DNA of 63,827 nucleotides, filler included, from Choristocarpus tenellus KU-1152 (lineage: Eukaryota; Protista; Phaeophyceae), in NCBI GenBank assembly GCA_964200185.2. It is 12 parts of 12 records of this genome, joined end to end, with 100 filler letters (N's around TTAATTAATTAA, not from the genome) between each part and the next. Parts side by side here need not be neighbours in the genome. Positions count along the whole stretch, not along the records: positions 24,527 to 42,257 come from CAXNAD020000635.1; 11 more parts are not named here. One strand, 5' to 3'. The notes beneath the pieces were generated by a model that saw nothing but the letters and a program-made list of their open reading frames with translations, ran no database searches and had not been told where the DNA came from. Made by a program: the position numbers and the translations under genes. Below are positions 25,130 through 38,590 of the stretch, one piece after another (position 1 is the stretch's first letter; each line of letters opens with the position of its first letter).

Positions 25130-28100
25130 CACCAAAACGGTACGTGGGCGGACCTCTGCTTAATACTGTTTAAGCCACTCCAGAGTAATTATGGAGAGGT
25201 TGTTCAGGATAAGTATTGTTTACCACCTGATATATTCCAACAATGAAGGCATGGAGTGTACCAAATTGGACAGGGTGTGCAAGACATTTAAGTCTCACAG
25301 GAGGCCTGCACCTTCAGAATACCTCATTCGACTTGGCATGGATTGTCTGGTTCAGAGGCCTGGGTCCCCATGAGTGAGCCTTAGCCAGCACATGACAACA
25401 TTTCATAAACGGGAAACAATGGAAAGAGAATGGAGAGACAACGGCGACCATGTTGTCTGGGTGAAGATGACCTCTTCTTGCGTCAATATCATCCTTAAAT
25501 AAGCGGTTCGCGCGCGGACTACTTGATTCAAGTAGTACGGTCCTGTTTTCTCACGATTATTGCAAGTTGACCGATCGAGACCCATCAAATAGGGTTAAGC
25601 ATGCTGATGCGATCACAACAAACTAGTTTTCATTAAACAATTCGCTGTTGGTCAAAAGTTACGGCACGACAAAGTTGATGCAGGAGGTCAATACGGACAC
25701 TGTACAATAACGAATAATAATATTCCATTCACACATCTTCAAAATGTCACACCTGTGGAAGTGTCAAAGGTGCCAAGTTCTCTGCTCAAGGGGGCAATCA
25801 CAATCACCGGAGGAACTCTTCCACCTCAAAGGTGAGACCGAGTATCAAAGGTCTTGGCCCAACATCTCAACATCAGTTGAGGAAATCCAGCACAGAACAA
25901 AACCCTTCCAATACAAGAGATTTTCCCGAATGATTGAGCAATGTCACAGCAAAGAAAGAAATTGATCGGTCAGAATCGGAATGTCCCTTCGTTCTGACAG
26001 TCCATTTTGGCTGTTTGGTCAAATCCGGATCTTACGGGTGTGGTTGGTTTATTGGACTGGCCCGTATGGACGAGCTCAAAAGACGTGGTTGGCGCGCGCA
26101 ATTGTATATGACCGCGCATGTTATGCACAATGTGTGTCAGAGATCCCAAAAAAGGAACCGTCCCTCACACCACTTAATAATACAAAATATTAATATTATA
26201 GAGGTTCTCATTATATCTGCACAATCAGAGAGTATAATAATAAAATATATTGCATTTTCATTGACTTCTCCCCTAACACACCCAATAATATATTGTAAAT
26301 ACATGAAGTAACCAAACATACAAAATCTTTGATTACAATGTAATAAGTATATCTTGAATAATTATTTGTGGTATTGTGAAACAGATTGACACAAGTTGAG
26401 ACTACATAATATTATGATTATTGATATTTTTTGGAGATGTGTGAGGGAAAAATTCGTATGTCAACTTTAAAAGTTGGTGTTACATCATACCATTAACACA
26501 CACACAAGAAGTGGGATATAGTTGAGGAGTTGTGTTGCAACTTTGACGTCGGTTCCACAACAGCCTAGGGTTGGGAGCAATGGCGAAAAAGAAAGAGAAG
26601 CATTCTTCCCGCCCGACTCCTCCACCCCCTCCGCCAAAACGGTCGGGATTTTTCCTCGGGACTGGCTTGTGTTGTTGCTGCTCGGACACTGGTGCAGTTG
26701 TGCAATGACTCGATCTCAAATGACTCGAACAGAGAAATGCTGGACAGGTGGCAACCTTTCTGTTCCTGTATTTATCTGTTTTACACGTAAGACTAATACG
26801 TATATGTGAGGTCATCCTGCAGGCGTTGTTGTCACTACCTGATAAACGTGCGATGGTGGAAGACAGACAGGACAGAACATTTTTTAAAGCATTTTGTCTG
26901 ACTTTTACTCTTCAATTCCGCCAGTTCGAACTGAGGAATGCAAGTTCAGTCGGGTGGAAGCTCGGTCGAGTGGAAGCTTGGCGGAAGCAGTTATGTCAAG
27001 AGATCGGTGCTTGTGGAGTGGGCCCGCGGTGGCGGGCAAGGGTCAGGATGCAGGAAATGGTCAAGAGGGATGAAGGAAGGGGCGTATAGGAGGGGGGAGG
27101 GATGTGTGAGTTTTAGTTCCATCCCTGAAAATAGTTGGAAAAAAATCCCTTCTAGCTCTCAAAATTGCACTCCTTGTAGTACGCTAATATATCAACACCA
27201 TCAGATCCATCTGATCACCTTAATGTTGTAGGTAACATCCCACGAAGAAATCTCTATTTTTCTTAATAATGTGTGAGTATCAGTTGTAAGCGTGAACGTG
27301 TTTTTGTCTGAGTACAAGAGTGATGGAAGATAGAGGTACTTTCGCGTTCAAATGGTGAAATAAGCTAATACTTAGTACATTTTCACACGTCGTTCAGAGA
27401 AAAAGTCGCGCACGTATCACGTAGAACAGTGATAAAGGTGGACATAACATCTCCATACATATAGCTCGCAGAACTTCCCGAAATGATCGTGAATGTGGAC
27501 TTAGGATTGTGACCTTGTTGGGAACCTTGAAAGTCAATCCTGTGCCATGAACTAGTACTATGTGTTCCGTCGAATTGAAGCTTTTCCACTCTCTATGATG
27601 ATTCAGATGTCTGTAAAAGATGCCAGTCCTTTCTTTATTGATAAATCGGTGGCAATGGTGGTATCAAGTTCAGATGTGGTACGCATGATTTGGCGGGCAG
27701 GTGCATGAGGCAATACTCACCTCAAAGTGTGTGAAGAGGTTGGGCTTGAGCAGCCAGACGTCATCATCTGTCGCCAATTTATGCAGTCTACCGTGGTGGG
27801 CAGAGTCTCAAAGCGTCAGATTCTAACTTGCAGTGCACTCTACCTCATGGGCAAGATCTTATCACTGTCTACGCTTTCATTTCTTCAACCAGGTAGCTGG
27901 GCTCTGGTTACGAGGAGATGTTACCACCAATTTTTTCAATTGGTTCACCAATCATAATATGTCAATCTTCCATTGCAACAAGTCCCAGGCCTCATCAAGC
28001 CTAGTTATCCAAGTGCCTTCCTCATTTGTTTGCAGCATTAACAGATCATCGTAGCACTCTATTCGACTCACTCCCTTAAAAGGTTATTTGTGCAACGGAG

Positions 28101-30614
28101 TGTAAAATGAGAGCTGGCAGACCTGCTCAGCCCTGGGCCCTCCACACAATGTGATTGATGCACCACGAGGGGCTTCCTGGTAGGTCATTTTTCATACGAC
28201 TGAACCCTGATCATAGTGGGCGCACAAACTGAAGAACAAGGACAGCACGCTTCGAATGAATGGGTGATCCAACCACTCTGGGAAAACATCCTCAGTGTGG
28301 CATGGCTCCTCAATACTGCTGTTGATATTGCACCCTTGCTCATTTTATGAGGCAGATAGGACTGTAGAGAGAAGAAAGTGTTGTGTTATCTTTCACATCT
28401 CTCATCAATTATTTCAATCAATTCATAACACTATGAAACATTTTTTGCAATGTTCAGAACACTTTTTGAGCAAACAGTCGGTTAAGTTTATAGGTGATAT
28501 GGTCACTCTAATACCTTACGTATAAATGGAGTAGGGCATTTACTGCACCCAAATTGCTATATGGAGGATAAAATATTGCAATTGAACTGGGCCTCACATA
28601 GTCAGGAAAGAGTTCTCACACAACATGAGCCACAAGCCACCCTGCATCCATATATCCGTTGTCAGCAGGGGAAGGGCTCCAAGATCCTGAGTTTTGTGCG
28701 ACCGTAACAGGATATGTTCCTGATTCTCTAGTCAACATTCGTTACTACCAATTTCGAAAAATTATGCAATGCTGACGATTTGAGTAGTCAGCAGACATAT
28801 AGGGACACTGAGAAATAGCGAATTAAACCTACGTGATCAGGTCAATATTTTTTACCTGGATATACAGCACATGGTAATGAGCAGCATGCTAGGAGATGCA
28901 TGGGGTGGGAAGTTGTGGGGCATTTGATGTGGTGGGGAAGGGGGGTTGTGGAGAAGATGGGGTGTGAGTGTGAGCCTTAGAAGAAGTTGTGATCTTTGCA
29001 AGAAGTATCTATTGAAGTCAGTAGGAACATTCTGGGCAGCTTCCTCTTTTCTACACACGTTTGTTTGTGTAGGCGAATTTCATCACAGATACTTCCCTGT
29101 CTATAGCCATGATTTAGGGGTGCAGGAGACTTTTGAGTGAATGATCCATGGGGAGACAAGAAGAGGGTGAACATCACGAGGTTATGGGTCAGGATGGGGG
29201 GGGGCTGAGAATTGGGGACTTTGGGACTGGAACTCTGTGGGTGGGGTTTTTGGTTTAGGGTCTGGAATGGGGCTGGCAAGGCCCAAAAAGTTCCAACATT
29301 GAATTGGATGGGGAGAAAATCTAAGAGTATATGATGAGTGAGCCATTTTGTCACACCCACCCGATATAGAGGACAGAAAAGGTATTAGGATGGTTGGAGA
29401 ATAATTTTGGACATAAGATGAGGCGCAAGCCACTCCATGCCCACTTGTGTCTATATAATAACAAAATGTATAGAATAGTGTGTCAAGCAGGATATCACAG
29501 TACACCCCACCATACCAACGGAGTGATACACCTTGAACATACTATGCGCTTGCTACTGATTCGTTAATGATAGTGGGTAGTTTGATGAGGGTTGCTTCAC
29601 CTCTCTCCTAGACATTAATTGGCATCATCAATCTGTTTTTGCGGTTATCTACCATCCGCACCTAGCACCACCAGACTTAAAACAGCTGCTCATCATCAGT
29701 CATATCCCACCATTTCTTACTTTTGGTGGTAGGGTTTAGTAGTAGGGAGTTTTTTTTGTCGCGCCGTGGTTTGGTTGGGCAATCTCTTGAACTTAAATCA
29801 AGTCAAGTGGATTATTAGTTGTATCATCGCTGAGTGATCATGATACCGCCTAGTGTTAACGTATCGCCCACCTCGTGTAAAGATACGAGTGATGAATTCT
29901 GGATGTTGCCGAATGTTGTGGAGTGATCGCTTCACGTCAGGTCGGGCATGCAGTAGTACCCCCTTCAATCGGATATATTTCCTTACATGCGAGAAACATT
30001 CTGATCATACTATCCACTACCTGTTGTACTCTGATTGTGTTCACATTGCACTAGAATTCTCCATTATAGATAGTTAGAAGAGTCTAATCGAATACCCTCC
30101 CTAGCCCAAACAACTCTGAGCGATTGCAAAGAAAGGTACAATTTTACACCTAGAAAACCCATCAGGGTCAATCCCACATCATCTAACCATTCACCTTCCT
30201 TTCAATCCCTCTCCACATACATGTGGAAGGGCATATCCTTCACATGCATCAATGTCGATTGACATCATACTCATGGGGGAACCCATCCTCACCGTGTTCA
30301 GAGTACCTAGGCACACTTTCTCATCAAGGGTTATTTTGTAGTCCTAGAGATGTTTGTGGTTGTTATGGAAGTGGTGTTGTTACGTCTGTGAAAGGATTGA
30401 AGAGTTGAAATTAAATCAACCGAATAATTTGTGACAAGAATTTCGGTTTCGATTGAAATGTGATTTTATCGAATCGGTCTGATTTCCCGGACTACAAATG
30501 TTCTAGTTCATATAACGGCAAACTTCTTGTATAGTATGGCATGGAATTGTGCACCTCTAATATTGTATCGTAACCTCATTTGGTACAGGAGTTAAGTTTC
30601 TTCGTCTCCTCGAG

Positions 30615-33600
30615 ATGTATGTGTCGCAGTCTGTCGGGCGCGTCTTGCGCCTGGTCCTGTTTCTATCAGTGTCATGCAGAACACTGGCACAAATGGAGGA
30701 GATGACACCGGATGTCATAGAGAAAGAGGATGTATTGGTCAAGGTAGTAGTAACATATGAGGCCATGTGGCATACCCTTTGATGTATTTAAACTATAGAT
30801 GACAGATCGATAAGCGACGACTTAAGTTAACTCTGAGCTAGCTCTCTCTTTCTCTATATCTCCACCCTCTTGCAGGAAGCTCGTCGAGGCACGATCAATG
30901 TTCAAAGAAGCTCGCCATCGGTGCTGGAGCACCTCCTCGCTGGCACGATAGGTGGAATGAGCGGAGTTTTTGCGGCGTATCCCCTTGACACCGTCCGAAT
31001 AAGGTCAGTATGGAGGTGGAAGTCCGCGTTTTCCCCTCAATCCTTCTTTATTGGGTGAACAACAATGCTGTACGTCCTGTGGCAGAATGCAACTCTTGTT
31101 AAAGGAATCCACCCATTTGACTGCAGCAACACAGCGCACGACAGCAATCCTAAGCATGGCGTCGGGTCCGGACATATCATGAGATGTGCTGCAGATTTGG
31201 GCAGACTGTATCGTAAATGATTCGGCTCTTCTTATTGTCAGTAACACCTACGACAGCATCCCTTAACCGAACATGTTGAAGTTGCTGTTTCCCTACTATT
31301 GTCGACGTTAAACCCAAACCCGAGCTCACAAATGAGCTGGATAGGACCCATGCACAGCGTCTTAATACTACTGGATACAACTAATCTCTTCTCTCATGTG
31401 TCCCAGGATGCAGACCACATCAACGACTATGGGCCCATTGAAGACAGCAAAGAAGGTATTCCAGGATCTTGGAATTGCTGGATTCTATAGAGGAATTTCT
31501 TCACCAATTGTGGGGGCCGGCCTAACAAAGTCTGCTGTTTTTGGTGGGTATGGACTGTGCCAAGCTATTGTTCGTCGCATGGTACGAGCAGGTAAGGTGA
31601 TATCCACAGAAACTTGTCAACACGATGAAATAAATATTGAGCCTGTTGGTAATGAAGAACTGCTGTCCAAGCTTGGGGAAGGTTCAGAGAGGGCTGCCAT
31701 GCTGTATTCAGTACATTGATTAGGCCAGTGGTGGAGTTGCAGGTTAATATGCGCAGTGAAGAGTAGGCGAACAACGGTAGGGGGGGTACAAAATGAAGTG
31801 CTTTCACAGTTGTGTTGAAATTACCTGACACCTTCATATACTTGATGCAAAGCTGATAACCCTAACATGCTCAAGAGTGACAACATTTCACTAATATGAA
31901 AATATAGGAGCACTGTACCAAAGTCCATGCTTCTGTGGGGGAAGCAGGTGCCAATAGGTTGGGCAAGCGTGTGTGACAGCAGTTACTTGTTGGATGAAGC
32001 TTTTGTTTTGTGAGTATATGCACTGTGAAGTGAAGTGCAGATTCAACTGTAGTTGTTGGATGTTGAATAATGTACAAGACTTGAGAGAGAGACTCGTGGA
32101 GATGTTTAGGTTTGGGTTTGAGTTTAGTCATGTAGCGAGGTTTTATTCAGACAAGGTATGCAGAGACAAGGGGATCGCCAATGCGCTTGGGATGGTGATC
32201 TTGTGCTCTTTCAGTAGTAGCTCCGACCCCGGTCCACGATTTTGAAAAACCGCATGATCTCAGCACTGTTTGCAAGCATTTCCAGCTCCTTAGACTATAA
32301 TGTACAAGGCTGTTTGGTCAGTAGATTCCAGGTTCCCATATTGTGGAACAATGCACTGTGTTTGGCATACTTCACCATACAAGTAGACTCAGAAATCGAA
32401 TGTTAGAGTATAATTCAGAACAAGTAATGTACTGCACAGGGGGATTTTTTCGAGTCTGCTCCCCTTTCTGTGATGGTCTGAACCTATCCTCTTTAGGTAC
32501 ATCAGGGCAGTAATTTTATTTGGAATGGACCGATTGTTGGGTTGGGATCATGCAACCCATCTTACTTGAGCATGAACTGTACTTCTGATGATTGTAGAAG
32601 AAGGATATTTTCAGCTTGCTGATATAGTTTCCAGCTCAGCTAGCTGTGGGCCTGCTATCTACTTTATCCGCCATATATGTGTATTTCCAACCTAATCCAA
32701 GGTGGTTATTTCTCACCTGTTTGGCACCAAGTCGCTGACCTGTTTTTCATATCTGGCTCTCCTTTTGCACCCCTCCACCACCATCATCCCTGAAACCACC
32801 GCTAGCAAGCCCAACAATATTCTCTTCCCTCATTCCCATACCCTTTCCTACTATTACAACCTACCCACGTGGTTATTCAGACTCACAACACCTTACACCA
32901 CCTCAGCTTTTCTGATGCTTACCTCAGTGTTCAGACAAACAAACATTTCTCATCCTCTTCCCCACACCTCTAACCCCCCTACTCCACTATTATCCCCCCA
33001 ATAAGAACTGTCGTTACCATTGCTTCTGGTTTTGTCTCCTCTATATATCCATGCGAAAAAGAACACCGTGTAAGGATTAGGTAAGGAGTAGCCCTGAGCA
33101 TGTAGTTTCTCACTCACTGCCTTCTTGTATACCCAGTAGATGCTGGTCGTGATCTTTTCCTGCCAGAGCTTGGTGTGGCAGCCATGGGCTCGGGCCTTGT
33201 TGCATCTTTTGTTGTAACCCCTATTGAACGAATAAAGGTAGTTCTTCAGGCAGGGTCCGGGCCTGGGAGCTATTCGAATGCATGGGTGTGTGCACGTGGC
33301 CTAGTAATGGAGCAAGGTGTCCGAAAGGGTCTCTTTGCTGGATTGGGGCCTACACTGATGCGGGAGGTGCCAGGGTGGGTTTGCCTCTGCCACATACTTA
33401 TTTCAAAACATTCCTTTTGAAGACATTTATTTTGTAAAATTGTGTGATGCTATTTGCTCCTTACTACAGCAGAGCAATATTGGAAATTACGCTGTAAAGT
33501 AAAAAGTGAGCACAAAAAAGGTGATCGGATTCATCTGTATTGATTTTTGTTCACAATTTTTTTTGTAGTAAGAGCTGTGTATTTTCCCGGACTCTACTTT

Positions 33601-36496
33601 TCTCCTGTGTATGGGCGCTCCCTGTTGGCAGACCATTTTTCCTATTACATTTTAATGTTTTTTTTTATTTCCACTGTCTGCCCAGTCCCTTTCTGCTCTG
33701 AGGTTCTGTGGATATTTACTGCGTTACTTCCAAGCAGTAGTTGGTACTGTTTGCAATAACAGAGGTCCAATAGGGGCACCAACAGAGGGTAGTCTTCACT
33801 TCTGATGTTGGTTTTGTATTTCAAGTGTTGTTTCAAAGGCAGGCCAATTTGTACAGTTTTTGGTGTGTTCGAGGACATTTCAATGAACCCAGGTTACACC
33901 ACTGAAATCACCACAAGATAGAAGAGCTCATTTCCATTCCTCTCATCATGGAACCTTACTCTCTAAGATGTGTGTACCATATGCTCACCCATGATTGTAA
34001 AGTTGTTAACAATTTCACTGTTGAAGCCGAAAACGACTGCTTGTGTCAGTATTACGCTAACCCTTATATTATTGGCATATCAATCTGTCCTACCCAGCCC
34101 CTTGCAGCATGAGGAGTGTGCGGCCTATGTAGTAGCAAACACTCTCTATTCCCTCTGTCTTGGTCACTTGGCATGGTCAAATTATCTGCACCATTGACTC
34201 CCATAAAAAATATTGGCATGCCAATCTGTCCTAAGCCCCTTGCAGAATCAGGAGTGTGCCGCCTATGTAGTACCAATACTCCAATGTGTCAGGGATTGGA
34301 TAAGGTCAACAGGGGTAGCCCACCAAGACAAAGATACTAAAATATACTTGGGTAGAATGAACCGGTTCTCTGATTTGTGTAAAGCCATACGTCTGCTACG
34401 CATGTTGCATCCATGTAATGTGAAGTACCATGTGCTACAGGGTAAACATCTGTGGAAGATTTGTTTCTATAACGTCCTAAAAATCATTAACAATCAGAGT
34501 TTTTTGTCAGCAGCAAAGGTTAATCATGTTGAGTATCACATCACACACACATCACACACTTCCTCCCCCCCCAACCTGGTCAAAAGGTACGGCCTATATT
34601 TTGCCACCTATGAGACTTGCAAACGGATCCTGCGTGGTAATAATGATCAAGAAAGTTTCTCCGAGTCCTTAGTCCTAAAAACTGCCATTGCTGGGGCATT
34701 GGCTGGGATGGCAGCCTGGTTGCCTGTCTATCCAGGTATGTTCAGATGCATAAATGGTAGTTAAGGTCAAATTTGACTCATAATTATCCTGGTTGTTTAT
34801 CGCAGTCCACAAGTTGCTACCTTGTCTAAGATATTTCGCTCCCTCGCATGGTGTAAAAGGCTTGTAGGAAGTGCAACCAAAAGTTGACAGATATGCGTTG
34901 CCTTCTTAATTTGAGGTAAGTATTTCTCATGAGCATAATGCTCTTTTTTTGTTCATTCCTATTCCATGTTAAACCCTTGTTACATTTCAGCTTCTGCCCA
35001 GCATGCTACTTATCACTTTTGTCAAGTCTGTACTGAGCAAATTTTATGTGTTCATCATGAAGTAGTTACGGATACTTCCTTCAGGCAGGGTTGTTGAAGA
35101 TTCTATCTGGGTGTTCCAAGATGTAGTTCAAAAGATATTTATATCGTGAGGGTTGTGTGTCCATGAGATTGCAATACTTGAAACAACTAAATTAAGCAGG
35201 AGGACAAATAAACTATAGGATTTTGTAGCTGAAAAAATGTCGTCAGTGTTCAATATAGCAGGCAACCCTCTTTCCTCAATATCATCCCTAAGTCACCCTG
35301 TTGAGATACAGAGTGTTGTTGTTTGCAATTGTTAAACTTAAGTGTAACTGTCAAACCTTAAAAAAAAAAACCTAGTATCTGAAGATTTTTCTTCCTGTAA
35401 CAAGTCATTGCAAGGACAGTTCGACTGTTCCTATATGGCATATTGTATGTGAATCCTGAATATAGGACTGACCCACACTACACTACCGAGCTATTTGCAC
35501 TTTACCGTTATGCAGAGAAATAAAAAAAGAAACACTGGTACAAAGTTGTGCAAATATCGTCATTCAAATCCCCACAGCCTAAGGTGCGAAGGGCGATTCG
35601 ATCCCTTCACTTATTTTTCCTTCAAAGATGTTTGCTTTGGAGTGCTTTTAAAACAGGTTTCATCTCTACGATACCAGCAAACTGCATTCACCAATCAACA
35701 CGCCTCAAACTTTCTTGAGTAAAAGTACACACGCTCGGCAGACGCGTGCAACACCACCAGCATCACAAGAAATCGCCTGTCGATATTTTACCAATTCGTG
35801 GTCACTTGATAATTTCCCTTGCAGCAGTTCCAAAGCATGTGCTTCTTCTAACTCTCCATCCGCCAAACCTAATCAGTCGTGGTTATTTATGGTTGAAACA
35901 AAAGGAGCGTGAATATTTACGTGTGTGCGCACACACACACACACACACACACACAAATGTTGGGCATATACACATATGATCATGCTCCTTTGATACAAAG
36001 TGTAGCAGCCATTTTATTTTGTCCTTGAAAGTACTACTTTAAAATGCATCCAAAGTTTGCCATTGCTTCAAGAGCTCAAAATAACTTTTGGTATTGAAAT
36101 GAAAAAAATGAACACCAGAACAGGCTTTTTTTTCTAAGACTACTTTTAATAGTTGAGTAGAATACCTCTGTACATATTTTTGTGTTACAACTACTACACG
36201 TTCACTTCGAAATCCTTGTCTCCCTGCCTTTATGACCCCACACCCTGGTTAACAATGAAAAAGCTGATGTTTTGAAGAGTCGAATGCAGAGCCTTGGGAA
36301 TGGGGCTGGGGGAAGCCCAGGCATTCTCAAGGTTGCATCGCAGATTTGGGCTGAAGGAGGTGTACCTGCATTCTACCATGGCCTTGCGCCCACCCTTGGG
36401 AGAGCAATTGTGTCACATTCCACCACATTTCTTGTGTATGAGATGGTGGTAGGTTGGATGCATGGCTCAGAAATAAGCCCCTTCCGTAATAGCTAG
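30615..36496 (+). CDS. SLC25 mitochondrial carrier family protein (carnitine/acylcarnitine or ornithine carrier-like), 6 exons
   Basis: Exons 30615-30743, 30876-31003, 31407-31591, 33137/33140-33374, 34587-34735, 36264-36496; all GT-AG with matching phases. Three PX[DE]XX[KR] signatures (YPLDTVRIR, TPIERIKVV, YPADVLKSR) plus GFYRG, GLFAG..REVPGY and FYHGL..R. Confidence 0.92.
34069..34285 (+). repeat. Intronic direct duplication (~75-bp unit, ~142-bp spacing)
   Basis: ATATTGGCAT..CAATCTGTCCTA..AGCCCCTTGCAG..AGGAGTGTGC..CCTATGTAGTA occurs twice. Confidence 0.8.
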
Positions 36497-37771
36497 AGGG
36501 AGGCTGCTGCCAAGATTGATTGGGTAGTTAGTAGTAGTAGATGTTGCAAGACAATGCATCCGATCTGCTCAATGTGGTGACTGAAATTAGTATATCTTGG
36601 CCTATGTATGACATCAATGCTTGCTTTTTTTTATGTCTTAATCCCCTTCGGATACTCAATCTTTGCATGAAAGAAGAGATGAACTATGGAGGGAAAGTGT
36701 GGGTGCATCTTCCAGGGCAGAGGAAACTATTTTACCAATTTTTAGTATGCTTTGATGATGTCATGAGAGCTCACAGTGCATGCCTAGGAAGAGTCTCTTT
36801 GATAGATATTTGCTGGAATCAATCGAGAATATATCTCAGGTTTACTGTTGGTAAACTTTGCATATTCTCCAATTTTATAAATAGATAAGAAATAGAGATA
36901 CGATGCAATAGAGCACCTTTAGGATCCGATACTTTGAACCCCTCTTCAAATAATAGTTCCCATGCATTGTCATAGTCATGCATATTATTATTAATAAGTT
37001 GTGCAGAAACACCTCTAACAAAGCTCTACCTTTCTAAATAGACGTGATCGGTTCCCATCACAGCCTTCTGTCCATGTCGGGCATTCTTCCCCCTCCCTCA
37101 GTGGACCTACCTCAGCCAATTCATTTTACACAACACCATTTTTCCCTGTGTCTTGAGTGTGCTAGACTACTCTCACAATTTCAAAAGACAAAAAAGGCTG
37201 AGCTTGATATCAGACCTTTGGAAAGTTTTTCTTGCCTCTACACCCCCCCATTCTTCCTGCAGACAAAATCGTGCTGTTCCAGCTGTAAGAAACAAACTGT
37301 TTCCTTGTCCAAGAAATGGATCAACAACCTGACCTGGAAAGGTTGATATGGTGAGAAAAAATAAAAAAGATAAAGTGAATAATAAAAAGGTTAACAAGAT
37401 TGCAACAAAAGCAAGGGATGACAACAGATTTTTTTTTTCAAGAAATCTACATCTCGACCTTGATAAGAACTCATTAAAGGATTGGAGCTCTACTTTGTGC
37501 TTGCACTTTCCAAGTTGTAGAGGTCTGCACTGAAGATTTTAGTGAGGTTGAATGCTCATGAAGTTTTGTCGCCAGAAGCTCTTTCTCCCACGAAGAAATT
37601 TCTGTTTGTTGAAACGATAAAAACTTGGGTCATATTGTTTTGCACAAATGAGGACGGGACTGTTTCGGCAGGCAGTAGGGGTACTCCATCGAATGCTTGC
37701 TCCCTTCAATGATAAAATAACCTCAGGTATTTCCTGGGTGAGGGCGAAACATTTTTTTTTGTTGTTGAACC

Positions 37772-37881
37772 CTATATATTAATCGTATGCTTGTATACTG
37801 CAAGAGCAGCTTCTTTTATTCCTTCAATTATAGTGGGATTAGCATGACTAAATTACACGTATGCGCTCCTAAGATCCTATC
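37772..37881 (-). pseudogene. lpdA: Bacterial-type dihydrolipoamide dehydrogenase C-terminal fragment
   Basis: DRILGAH...(internal deletion)...HANPTIIEGIKEAALAVYKHTINI* matches the LpdA end pattern HAHPTxSEAxKEAALA...I*. Confidence 0.75.
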
Positions 37882-38044
37882 AAAACAAAACAACTAAGTT
37901 AAAATCTTAAATAGTCTTTAATGACTTTCTTGAATTAGTAAGCAATATAAAAGAAATTATTAATGTAGGGTTGCCCAGAGCTATGCTTACATATATGCCA
38001 CACACACACACACACACACAAATCATTTCTTGGGCTTGAGTTAC

Positions 38045-38367
38045 TGTGTGTGAAACTTCATCTGCTCTTTGAATGGAAGTAGAACGTGCATATTAAGCAC
38101 TTTTAATTCCTTTTTTCCAGGCATTAAAGTGGATATCATGGAAATACTGTTTGCTCACATTACTAGGCATAAAGATATTTTAATGACTGTACTTTGTGAA
38201 ATGTGTGGTGTTCTATCAGCAACCAGTTTAGTAATCCAATTTTGATCAATTTCATATGTGGTTTTGTATAAATTATTTTCTTGATTAGTAAGAAAGTTTA
38301 GATGTACTGATCCTTCATTAGAGGAAATGTATGACCATACCTGATCATTATAAAATCCTTTTTCTTG
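38045..38367 (-). pseudogene. nrdA: Class Ia ribonucleotide reductase alpha subunit C-terminal fragment, alphaproteobacterial type
   Basis: NEGSVHLNFL..YKTTYEIDQNWITKLVADRTPHISQ/QSLNIFMPSNVSKQYFHDIHFNAWKKGIKSA*YARSTSIQRADEVSH; frameshifts and a stop in the YY pair. Confidence 0.88.
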
Positions 38368-38590
38368 TGAAGTGATCGCTGTAAATGAAACAGATAAAAG
38401 CAACAATGGAAGTTGAGGCAGTTGATGAAGGTGTTCTGGCTAAAATAATCGCCCCAGAAGGAGTGCAAGCAGTAGCGGTAAACTCTTTGATAGCTGTGCT
38501 TTTAGAAGACGATGAAGATGCTTCTATAGTGGAAGATTTTATTACAAAAGACTCTGAGGTTACGGATTCTTCCACTTCTGATATAAAGCA
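38366..38590 (+). pseudogene. pdhC: Pyruvate dehydrogenase lipoyl domain fragment (E2-like), alphaproteobacterial type
   Basis: EVIAVNETDK/ATMEVEAVDEGVLAKIIAPEGVQAVAVNSLIAVL, with a frameshift at the lipoyl-Lys ETDKA motif; intronless and AT-rich. Confidence 0.85.

Noticed and set aside
25518-25536. ACTACTTGA-T-TCAAGTAGT palindrome
   Set aside because: 9-bp arms can occur by chance in a window this size.
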